Of a DNA stretch of 47,504 nt, positions 17,301-24,806 are shown in pieces. The stretch lies in the NCBI GenBank assembly GCA_020345725.1, contig CP070767.1, positions 1,782,276 to 1,829,779 of the forward strand, given 5' to 3'. Numbering within the stretch: the stretch's first letter is position 1; each line of letters starts with the position of its first letter. Under the pieces are notes generated by a model that saw nothing but the letters and a program-made list of their open reading frames with translations, made no database searches and was not told the origin of the DNA. The stretch is from Methanobacteriota archaeon (GTDB lineage Archaea; Thermoplasmatota; Thermoplasmata; RBG-16-68-12; SOIM01). Made by a program: the position numbers and the translations under genes.

Positions 17301-20300
17301 CACGGGACGGCCATGGCTTCGGTAATCGCCGCTCAGGGCGTCATAGGGGCTACGCCGGATGAGAAAATAATGGGTGTTGCACCGGGGGCCAAGTTCATAA
17401 TTCTTGCCAACACAAGGGATGAGATAGAGCACTCCTGGAACTTCGCGGTGGAAGGTTATGACGGCAAGATAGCCACTGGAGATGAAGCCCAGATAATACT
17501 CAATGCGTTCAACTATCCAAGAGTCGTGGAAAAGGGCTGGGATCGCTATTCCAGAAAAGTGGACGAGATGTCGATGGTATATGGCAAGGAAAAGAACATC
17601 TTCGTCGGACCGGCCGGAGATTATGGTTGGGGTTACGGAACAGTTGCCTCACCGAACGCTGCTCCAGGTACCGTAACGGTGGGCAGGGCGAGCGACTTCT
17701 CCTATTGGGCAGGAGGGCTTGAAGGACCGAATCCGCACTATGGTGATGTTGAGATATCCTCTTCGAGAGGACCGACTCCGGTAGGCATTTCCAAGCCAGA
17801 TGTAGTTGCCATTGGCTCAGGAAGAATCGATATTCCGCTCTTCAATAAGATGGTCTCTGATGGTACGACCGCAAAACAACTTGTTCCAACCAAAGGTTCG
17901 GACATCTCGGCAGCATCCGTGACAGGCGTCCTGGCGCTGATATATGAAGCTTACAAATCGAAGCATGGTGTCATCCCCACCGCTACCGAAGCAAAGGAAA
18001 TACTGATGTCCGGAGCGGATGATATCAGCTATGACACGCTATCTCAGGGTGCTGGATTCGTGAATGCCACAAGAAGTGTCTCAATAGCCCTGGGCAATGG
18101 AGGGTTGGCCGTCTCACCATCGACTTTCTCTTACGGTTATTTCCTCGGTAAGAGATATCCATCGTTCGCCAACATTCTCGCTGCTGGGGACACGGATGTC
18201 AAGCAGTTCACGCTTGAGAACAGTGGAAGCACTCCGACGAGTGCAGTTGTGAGCACGACCATCTTCAACAACACTGGGTATTACAATTTCACAACCAACA
18301 ACACTGTGGACACATACGCAACAGATGGAGAGATAATATTCTGGATCAACTCATCTGGAGTGTGGAAGGTAAAGGATGAAGGAATGGGCGTCTATAACGT
18401 AACTAGCCAGGTAACTCCCTACGACGCGAGTCTGTGGAATAACGCAGATTTGGTGAAGATCACTGCCTACAGTTCCTATGAAATGATGGTGAAGCTTGGA
18501 GGCGTTTCTCCCACAGGGCGCAAGACGTACGTCCAGAACTACTCATTCACAATGAAGGTCTATGATTGGAACAATGTCAGTATCGATCCATTCCCGAACC
18601 CTGAGGCATATCCAACAGAGCTCAACACAATAGCAGAGGTGCACAGCGAAGCGAACTACGTATTGGGCGTAGACCCGATGACAAACTACTTTGAGGCAAG
18701 GATTCACGATCCTGCAGCAAGGATTGATGATGGGCTCGTGGTCGTCATAGAGCCTTGGGATGAGAGGCCCGATGAGGATTATACGTGGGAGATCTTGATC
18801 GAGACATATGAGAAGGTCAACTGGCCTTGGCTGAATATCACTCCAATAACACCCATAAACATACCAGCATCAGGACAGGCCACCTTTGACGCGACCATGC
18901 GAGTACCCACGAACGCAATGGTCGGTTCGTACGAAGGAGCCATCACAGTAGCCGATACTGGAAGCGGGAAGAACATCACAATACCCATCCTCGTGAACGT
19001 GGCAATGAACTCACCCAATGTGAGATTCGGAGGGGTCAACGGCACATCAGATCTTTATGACAACAACAGGATCTTCGGAGGATACGAGAAAGGCATGAGG
19101 GGATCTACCAGGCTAGCTAGGCCCTATACTGGCGACTGGAGGTTCTATTACTTCAACATCCCAGATGCCGGATTCTTCAAGAGTGCTGGACTGAAACTGT
19201 GGATAGAGGGAAATTGGACGCTCAAGCCTTCGGACATGGACTTCTACATACTCGGATACAGGGCTCCCAACGAGAACGTGACAAGATACGGGCCATACTA
19301 TCTGGGAGTTCTCGGGAAGAGCGAGGAGGCCAGGGAACCGGGATTCGAAACGAACACCAACGAAAGTTCGGAAGTGATAGCGTTCGATATGAAGACTGGA
19401 ATCAATGTTCTCGCACTGCATGGTGTCATACTCAACGGCAGCAAGCCATTTGAGTTCGTATTTGGTGGAGGCGGAGGATGGATCCAGGTCACTCCTCCGG
19501 AAATCAGAGAACGAAGAAGCGTGAGATACGGGCAGAAAGATCTGAGAATCATTTCCAATATGGACTTCACGGAAGGGATGACAGCTTCGGCTGTTGGTCC
19601 TGCTATAACAGAGAGCTACAGGGAAGTGGAAATCGAGCAAGACTACCAGACCTGGTGGCAGTTCGACAACTGGGGCGAGTACCTGATGAGAGGCAGCTAC
19701 ACCTGGATCATCAATGTCTCCAATGCCTACATCCTGGACGTCCACATAGTCGGAGATGACAAGGCTCCAGATCTGGACTTAGGTGTCTTCACCGATGAGA
19801 ACTTGGACGGAGAGCTGGAACTCGAAGAAGTCAAGGACATCTATTGCGTTAAGATAGGCGGAACGAAATGGGATTACGATGCGGACGCAGATGCTGACGA
19901 AAGGGTAGTTTGGATACAACCTCCAGACGGACAATACATAATCAAGGTCTTAGGATTCGACATTAACGGAAAATTCGGCCATTTCGACATTGACATTGCA
20001 ATCACACTGGGATCAGGAGAGGAAGGATACACCATCGCAGGTACTGGACCTGACGACATCATTATCGGAACAGAAGGAGGGCTCTTGCGTCTCACACCCG
20101 TGGGAGTGACCATGCATTGGAATCTCCAAGGAAGCACGCCACCAGGAGAATATGGAGGAGCGGTGATGATTGGTACACCACAGGCGCCTACCATAGTCAT
20201 CGTACCCGTCACAATAATATACGACCCAGATCCACCAGAGATCATCAGCTTTGCTCTCAGTGCCACCGGATATGAGATCGAGGTGATGACCAATAGAACG

Positions 20301-21632
20301 ACCAATCACCCGCGGCCCACTTTACAGGTGGGTCTGGCGGATCCCACTAGAGGTGAGCTTGATTGGCGAACCATAGGCATATACCTTGACGGAGTGAACA
20401 TCACCTCCCAGTCCCTGATAAGTCTGCCATTTGGAGAATGGGAAGGTAAGTTTGGATATTGGGACGGAACAATCACCTACACTCCACCAGAAAGATTGGT
20501 GAATGGGATCCACACTCTAGATGTCAGAGTTGGAGATTTGACGGGTAATACTATCGATGCAAACTTCACATTTGTCATAGACACGCAACCCCCATTCATA
20601 AATCTCATAGGGCCTTCGATATACTCAACGCGCCAGCCTACAGCGATCGTCAGCGGTCAGACCGAGGCCGAGAAGAACGTCGTGATCAGAGAGCTGGAGC
20701 TGGTGGCAGATGAGAGCGGTTACTTCCAAGCAGAGATAGCGCTGGTAGAGGGAGAGAACCGGATAGATGTGACTGCCATAGACTGGTTCGGAAAGACCGT
20801 TGCAGGGGACATAGTCAGATCGAATCCAAATTCAGTGATACAGACCATCATCTACGATCTGGAGGACCCGGTCCTGACCGGAGTCAGATTCCAGGAAGGC
20901 ACCCTCACAAACCAAGATCATGGCACGTTGGGTGGAACAGTGGAGGAATACATAGCCGAAGGAACCACATACGACCCGAGGACTGTCACTCTGAAGATAA
21001 ACGGAGAAGAAGTGGAAATCCACTATAACGGGATGTTCAGCAGAGTATTGACCCTTAACGAAGGACATAACACCTTCCTCCTGGAGGCAACAGACGCGGC
21101 AGGGAACAGCGTATCAATGTACAAGAACATCACAAGGGACACGGCACCACCGTCCTTAATCCTTGACGAAGTACCATCCTCCACTGAGGATGCTGAAGTG
21201 GTAATCTCTGGAACTGTAGATCCGGGATCGATACTGACAATCAACGGCAAGTTCGTGAGCACGGCAGGCGGGACGTTCGAGGACACGGTGGCGTTGCAGC
21301 CTGGACCCAATGTGATTTACATGGAAGCGGCCGATTCCGCAGACAACGTCAGGAGCTTGCAGGTCGTCATTGTCAGAGAGACGGGAGACATTCTCCCTTA
21401 CATCATAATGGCGGTCCTCATAATAGTGGGACTGCTCCTTGGATACCTAGTCGGGTCGCGGATGAGAAGAGGGGAAATCGAACCCGGCGAGGAAGAGGTT
21501 GAGGAGGAGGTTCTGGCTGAGGAACCTACCGAAGAGGAAGCTGAGGAAGTCCTCGAGGCCGAGGCTCTGGTCGAAGAAGAAGACATGGTCGAAGTAGGAG
21601 CCCAGGAAGAATTGATAGAAGAAGAGGTTTGA
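14328..21632 (+). CDS. giant membrane-anchored subtilase-like surface protein with inserted WD40 propeller and Ig-like domains
   Basis: The start is chosen at ATG 14328 (GGAGAGG 8 nt upstream; signal peptide MAKDVRRQLWGAILAAVLMVLMTFSTLAAP). The track ORF start at 14181 is probably a spurious extension. S8 Asp motif VNVALIDTGIDLGHPDL (14703), His motif AEHGTAMASVIAAQG (17301) and Ser-region GSDISAASVTGVLAL (17895). Seven WD40-like blades lie at ~15421-16430. There are several DxxPP-initiated Ig-like modules. The C-terminus has a TM helix (ILPYIIMAVLIIVGLLLGYLVGS) and a Glu-rich tail. Confidence 0.85.
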   Translation: MAKDVRRQLWGAILAAVLMVLMTFSTLAAPSTPSISELEEDVDTILEEITPDMESEDAEISEKTIGPEMTDLEYPDVYYPSGLEMKEPLGDEPAETQSNGLLDYQGVQGAWAQGVNGSGVNVALIDTGIDLGHPDLIGTYAIDERVLGQVTNEVVVQGASSQGVDVANLAHDYVMNYAIKRNGTGMTEFADYTLYPGNGTIIFTPTLGSNMEITADYTYTSPYYGWPIAFDPVSMSNFLEQNHTRDTWFANTTQVGPGPFEYSHTLIVDGETEFGGTYEKWGTDPQEKSATLPGGNKEDFDLTSLNLTYDKDYWYVGFDTWMRVTTENASIEEFVPHALFGVMFDVDNETGGTTTVPEGKLIDTNTSHGDDVLDAEISPDGTMVATASRDGLVRIWFTSNATRIKTLYGHDASNPPFSVAWSPDSTKIASLSDDKLFVWNTLDWGNPWGKSATVSSSGDALGDYGIYGLASILDFSPNGTTVAYGGNNIGGVFRSVVNFYDYATGYSYHMVLSDGAEFVQSVAFNPSNADEIAANVIFHFIPPGTLIENDIGIYDLSTASLNTGTGTTVTVGTYLDGHSPNSIVNSVAWSPNGQRLVSGSEDNTVKVWLSDGTNIATINVGKIVTCVDWSPSPLNKIVYSTVRSGSPASALLATADENGNPIDSDSIRLDYYSAKWSPLAGDDLLVTASADFSARLWYDDFTLVRVLVAQKPDYALYVEGGGRWNQKDEKWEPGFNSTRFYTWNDATGWTYVVLSNLTTEQIEASQNWGGSQFIEVAIPRSLLGNPVSMAVEMFSAPHNDTHHAQDSVPEDRNVFDIPERGAEAKNGIDWLPIVTSLSTFTWKEIKYYYTNVSLSKSGVFHFGFHPSPHIIQKKGAVGVLVVDSKRPFDYDTVYVDLNIDNVFDSQDVILTRDSPTATVDEVLPLDGIPDTSAGIMYYMSDGFTPIPYSEKYTERRQATEQDFRNVIPLNGDMVAFIGEFFIDEDTGEKAEHGTAMASVIAAQGVIGATPDEKIMGVAPGAKFIILANTRDEIEHSWNFAVEGYDGKIATGDEAQIILNAFNYPRVVEKGWDRYSRKVDEMSMVYGKEKNIFVGPAGDYGWGYGTVASPNAAPGTVTVGRASDFSYWAGGLEGPNPHYGDVEISSSRGPTPVGISKPDVVAIGSGRIDIPLFNKMVSDGTTAKQLVPTKGSDISAASVTGVLALIYEAYKSKHGVIPTATEAKEILMSGADDISYDTLSQGAGFVNATRSVSIALGNGGLAVSPSTFSYGYFLGKRYPSFANILAAGDTDVKQFTLENSGSTPTSAVVSTTIFNNTGYYNFTTNNTVDTYATDGEIIFWINSSGVWKVKDEGMGVYNVTSQVTPYDASLWNNADLVKITAYSSYEMMVKLGGVSPTGRKTYVQNYSFTMKVYDWNNVSIDPFPNPEAYPTELNTIAEVHSEANYVLGVDPMTNYFEARIHDPAARIDDGLVVVIEPWDERPDEDYTWEILIETYEKVNWPWLNITPITPINIPASGQATFDATMRVPTNAMVGSYEGAITVADTGSGKNITIPILVNVAMNSPNVRFGGVNGTSDLYDNNRIFGGYEKGMRGSTRLARPYTGDWRFYYFNIPDAGFFKSAGLKLWIEGNWTLKPSDMDFYILGYRAPNENVTRYGPYYLGVLGKSEEAREPGFETNTNESSEVIAFDMKTGINVLALHGVILNGSKPFEFVFGGGGGWIQVTPPEIRERRSVRYGQKDLRIISNMDFTEGMTASAVGPAITESYREVEIEQDYQTWWQFDNWGEYLMRGSYTWIINVSNAYILDVHIVGDDKAPDLDLGVFTDENLDGELELEEVKDIYCVKIGGTKWDYDADADADERVVWIQPPDGQYIIKVLGFDINGKFGHFDIDIAITLGSGEEGYTIAGTGPDDIIIGTEGGLLRLTPVGVTMHWNLQGSTPPGEYGGAVMIGTPQAPTIVIVPVTIIYDPDPPEIISFALSATGYEIEVMTNRTTNHPRPTLQVGLADPTRGELDWRTIGIYLDGVNITSQSLISLPFGEWEGKFGYWDGTITYTPPERLVNGIHTLDVRVGDLTGNTIDANFTFVIDTQPPFINLIGPSIYSTRQPTAIVSGQTEAEKNVVIRELELVADESGYFQAEIALVEGENRIDVTAIDWFGKTVAGDIVRSNPNSVIQTIIYDLEDPVLTGVRFQEGTLTNQDHGTLGGTVEEYIAEGTTYDPRTVTLKINGEEVEIHYNGMFSRVLTLNEGHNTFLLEATDAAGNSVSMYKNITRDTAPPSLILDEVPSSTEDAEVVISGTVDPGSILTINGKFVSTAGGTFEDTVALQPGPNVIYMEAADSADNVRSLQVVIVRETGDILPYIIMAVLIIVGLLLGYLVGSRMRRGEIEPGEEEVEEEVLAEEPTEEEAEEVLEAEALVEEEDMVEVGAQEELIEEEV

Positions 21633-21717
21633 TTCGGCCAGAACGCTCAATCCTACGGCTTTTGCCGACTGAAAAGAAATAATATGAATGAGGTCATTCT
21701 GCAGGAGGGTGGGCCCC

Positions 21718-22986
21718 ATGGTTACATCAAATGTCCCTGGTTTCTACAAGATGACTCCGGAAGAGAGACTGGACTTCGTAAAGGAATTCGCAGACCTGGA
21801 CCAAGAGGATGTGAAGATTCTCTCGAACACAGGCGCGATGAAGATGGACGAAGTCGACAGGATGATAGAGAACGTCATCGGAACAATGCCCCTCCCATTG
21901 GGGATAGCCACCAACTTCCTCATCAATGGAAAGGATTACATGATACCAATGGCCCTCGAGGAACCGTCCGTGGTGGCCGCGGCATCCAACGCTGGTAAGA
22001 TGGCCAGGGAGAAGGGTGGATTCAACACGAGCAGCACGCCCCCTCTAATGATTGGACAGATTCAGCTCACGAACGTGGAGGATGCCCAGGAAGCCAAAAG
22101 AATCATAGAAGAGAACAAGGAAGAGATACTGAGGATTGCGAACGAGATGGATCCCATACTCCTGAAGGTCGGCGGCGGAGCCAAGGATGTACAGGTGAGG
22201 GTCCTTGAAACGATCAGGGGTCCAATGGTTGTCGCTCATCTCATAGTAGACTGCAGGGACGCGATGGGTGCGAACGCGGTCAATACGATGGCTGAAGGAG
22301 TAGCACCGTTCATTGAGAGACTTACAAAAGGGAGAGTCTACCTCAGGATAATCTCCAATCTAGCTGATTTAAGAATCGCGAAGGCCGAAGCGGTGTTCGG
22401 AAAAGGCGAGATCGGGGGTGAGGAGGTTGTTGATGGTATCCTGGAAGCCTATGCCTTTGCTGCCGCGGACCCTTACAGAGCTGCAACACACAACAAGGGT
22501 GTGATGAACGGGATAAGCGCAGTTGTGATTGCGACCGGGAACGATTTCCGTGCAGTTGAATCAGGTGCGCATTCGTATGCATCCATAACAGGACGATACG
22601 GGCCCCTTACAAAATATGAGAAGAATGAAGATGGAGACCTAGTAGGTCGGATCGAAATCCCCATGGCCGTGGGGCTTGTAGGTGGTGCCACGGCCGTCCA
22701 TCCCACAGCCAGGAGAAACGTGAAGATACTCGGTGTGAAGACCGCTTCAGAACTCGGAGAGATTATTGCAGCCGTAGGTCTTGCCCAGAACTTCGCCGCC
22801 TTGAGAGCACTTGCGACCGAGGGAATACAAAGGGGGCACATGTCCCTGCATGCGCGTAACATTGCCGTCACGGTCGGAGCGGAAGGGGAAGAAGTCGAAA
22901 AGATTGTTGAGAGACTCGTTGCCGAGAAGAAGGTTAGGATGGACCGAGCGGAAGAAATCTTGAAGGAACTGCGAGGAGAGAGTTAG
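21718..22986 (+). CDS. hmgA: hydroxymethylglutaryl-CoA reductase, class II type
   Basis: [25 protein letters not shown] (the class II hallmark, where class I has TTEGCLVAS), [11 protein letters not shown] and GHMSLHARN. The start is chosen at ATG 21718, preceded by GGAGGG. Confidence 0.9.
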   Translation: MVTSNVPGFYKMTPEERLDFVKEFADLDQEDVKILSNTGAMKMDEVDRMIENVIGTMPLPLGIATNFLINGKDYMIPMALEEPSVVAAASNAGKMAREKGGFNTSSTPPLMIGQIQLTNVEDAQEAKRIIEENKEEILRIANEMDPILLKVGGGAKDVQVRVLETIRGPMVVAHLIVDCRDAMGANAVNTMAEGVAPFIERLTKGRVYLRIISNLADLRIAKAEAVFGKGEIGGEEVVDGILEAYAFAAADPYRAATHNKGVMNGISAVVIATGNDFRAVESGAHSYASITGRYGPLTKYEKNEDGDLVGRIEIPMAVGLVGGATAVHPTARRNVKILGVKTASELGEIIAAVGLAQNFAALRALATEGIQRGHMSLHARNIAVTVGAEGEEVEKIVERLVAEKKVRMDRAEEILKELRGES

Positions 22987-23399
22987 ATATCTCGTCGGTT
23001 CGGACGTTTTTCCCCTTTGTTAATCTATGAGATATATTTTATTATCTTATAGCGCTACGAGATTACTTAGTTTAGCTTTATATTAAACATAGATGTTCCG
23101 GAGTAGCGACGAGTTTGCCGTAATCCTATCAGTTTACATTAGACAGCAAAATATATCGACGATATCGTTATGACATATAATAATAGTTTTAAGACCTTAA
23201 CCACACAGAGAGAGCACTTGCTCTCGATCGATAACGTGCACGGAATAGCATTTTTCGGTGTCAAAAGAAGGGGGTTAGAGATTGATTTGTACGAATCTAG
23301 GCGATTTCTTTCATTCAGGACTAAAAATAAAAACACACAAATAAAAATGAAAAGCTTTTTATATTCACTTTGTGATACCTCCTACACTCGGGATGGGAT

Positions 23400-24272
23400 A
23401 TGAAAAGAGCTGCAGTTTACGCCAGAGTTTCTACGGAAGACCAGGCCAAGGAAGGATACTCGCTGGACGCCCAGAAGGACCGGTTGAGAGCATACTGCCA
23501 GGCTAAAGGTTGGGAGATTGCCAGTGAATACATAGACGACGGACATTCTGGAAGAGATACGAAGAGGCCAGCCTATCAAAGAATGCTTGAGGATAAGGAC
23601 GATTGGGACACCATTCTCGTAATCAAAATGGACAGGATCCACAGGAACAGCAAGAACTTCATGGAGATGATGGACGACCTCAAGAGGTGGGGCAAGGAGT
23701 TCTCAAGCATGCAGGAGTCTCTGGACACCAGTACGGCAATGGGCAGATTTGTCATGGATATAATACAGAGGATTGCGCAGCTGGAGAGCGAGCAAATCGG
23801 CGAAAGAGTGTACATGGGGATGAAGCAGAAGGCTTCCACGGTGGGTGGACCGTTGGGAGGTTGTGCACCCTTTGGATATAATCAGCAGGATGGGGAGCTA
23901 GTTATTGACAAAACCAAAGCCGAAAGCGTGAGCCTGATCTTCAGTGAGTATCTGGATGGTCAGACCACCCAGAAAATCGCAGACATGCTGAATTCGAAAG
24001 GAGTCTCCACGAAGAAAGGAAGACCATGGACCAAACAGACAGTTGCTTGGATTCTGAAGAATCCGGTCTACTGCGGTTACATGGAATGGGACAACGTAGT
24101 CAGAAAGGGAGACCATGAGGGAATAATCGACGTCCAGACTTTCAATGAAGTTCAAAAGGAGCTCGTGAGAAGAATAAGAATATCTCCACAGAAATACGAA
24201 CCCAGATTGCTTCCGGATGAGTCAACTTCTATTCAGGAAGAACGTACTGTCGAGACATGCTCGGAAGCTTAG
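23400..24272 (+). CDS. serine recombinase (resolvase/invertase catalytic domain + recombinase domain)
   Basis: N-terminal AAVYARVSTEDQ (nucleophile Ser), then DDGHSGRDTKRPAYQRML, MDRIHRN, and a recombinase-domain block (PFGY...DGQTTQKIADMLNSKGVSTKKGRPWTKQTVAWILKNPVYCG). A TATA-like TTTTTATATT lies at 23356-23365. Confidence 0.9.
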   Translation: MKRAAVYARVSTEDQAKEGYSLDAQKDRLRAYCQAKGWEIASEYIDDGHSGRDTKRPAYQRMLEDKDDWDTILVIKMDRIHRNSKNFMEMMDDLKRWGKEFSSMQESLDTSTAMGRFVMDIIQRIAQLESEQIGERVYMGMKQKASTVGGPLGGCAPFGYNQQDGELVIDKTKAESVSLIFSEYLDGQTTQKIADMLNSKGVSTKKGRPWTKQTVAWILKNPVYCGYMEWDNVVRKGDHEGIIDVQTFNEVQKELVRRIRISPQKYEPRLLPDESTSIQEERTVETCSEA

Positions 24273-24363
24273 ATCAAAGTCTTTTCACACTAGTATCTGT
24301 CTAGTTCGGACTACGGGACTAGACTAGATAGTCCGAAAAACCCTTCGACTATGTATAGTTCAC

Positions 24364-24397
24364 ATAGTACAATATGTACTATATGATTCAATTGAAT
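24364..24397. promoter_or_regulatory. two palindromes upstream of the RHH ORF (candidate operator sites)
   Basis: ATAGTACA-ATA-TGTACTAT (24364-24382) and the perfect 12-bp palindrome ATTCAATTGAAT (24386-24397). A TATA-like ATATATATAAATAG at 24471-24484 sits ~25 nt before the ATG at 24507. Confidence 0.3.
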
Positions 24398-24506
24398 TAT
24401 TATAATACTTTATTCTATAGCTGATAAGAGATTCTATCATATCAATAATACACATAGATAACATAAAACAATATATATAAATAGAACTATACACGGCCGG
24501 ACAAAA

Positions 24507-24656
24507 ATGCCGAAACCTGCAAAAAAGAAACTCACAAGCATACAACTCACGACGGATACTAGAGATCGACTCTACAAACTCAAATTCCGCAAAACCTATG
24601 ACGAGTTCCTGAGCGAACTCTGTGATCTGTACGAAGAAAGCCAAGAAGAAGAGTAG
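24507..24656 (+). CDS. small ribbon-helix-helix (CopG/Arc-like) protein, 49 aa, below the ORF-track cutoff
   Basis: Own translation: MPKPAKKKLTSIQLTTDTRDRLYKLKFRKTYDEFLSELCDLYEESQEEE. It has a basic N-terminus, a beta-strand-like TSIQLTTD segment and two short helices, as in RHH repressors. A TATA box at the right distance suggests a leaderless mRNA. Confidence 0.5.
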   Translation: MPKPAKKKLTSIQLTTDTRDRLYKLKFRKTYDEFLSELCDLYEESQEEE

Positions 24657-24806
24657 TATCACATCCGAGTCCCTCTGTTAGCCTTTCCAGAAAGCTCTAG
24701 ACGTTATTCGAAATCGAGGTAATGACACTAGATTATCTATCCAATGTAGCACCTTAATCAATGTTTCTGCAACAACCTAATGTATCGGGTTCGTGATTCC
24801 CCTTCA

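Larger units (their letters stand above)
22987..24806. mobile_element. possible small integrated element or remnant (serine recombinase + RHH ORF + AT-rich non-coding DNA)
   Basis: Unusually long AT-rich non-coding stretches (23021-23399, 24273-24506, 24657-24806) sit between two housekeeping genes. A recombinase gene lies inside. Imperfect direct repeats sit at both borders: GGTTCGGACGTTTTTCCCCTT at 22997-23017 and GGTTCGTGATTCCCCTT at 24788-24804. Confidence 0.35.

Noticed and set aside
23170-23403. 77-aa ORF ending in an ATGA overlap with the recombinase start
   Set aside because: It has no RBS and no recognisable fold. The recombinase's own TATA-like box (23356-23365) lies inside it, which suggests the recombinase transcript starts downstream of most of this ORF. 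It is left unannotated.
24691-24720. T-arm-like string TTCGAAATCGAGG in the right part of the islet (possible tRNA fragment or att site)
   Set aside because: The flanking bases do not form a T-stem, and no acceptor or anticodon elements are nearby.
22987-24806. AT-rich non-coding DNA as a replication origin
   Set aside because: I saw no orc1/cdc6 gene and no repeated ORB-like elements. The palindromes are short and better explained as operators or recombination sites.
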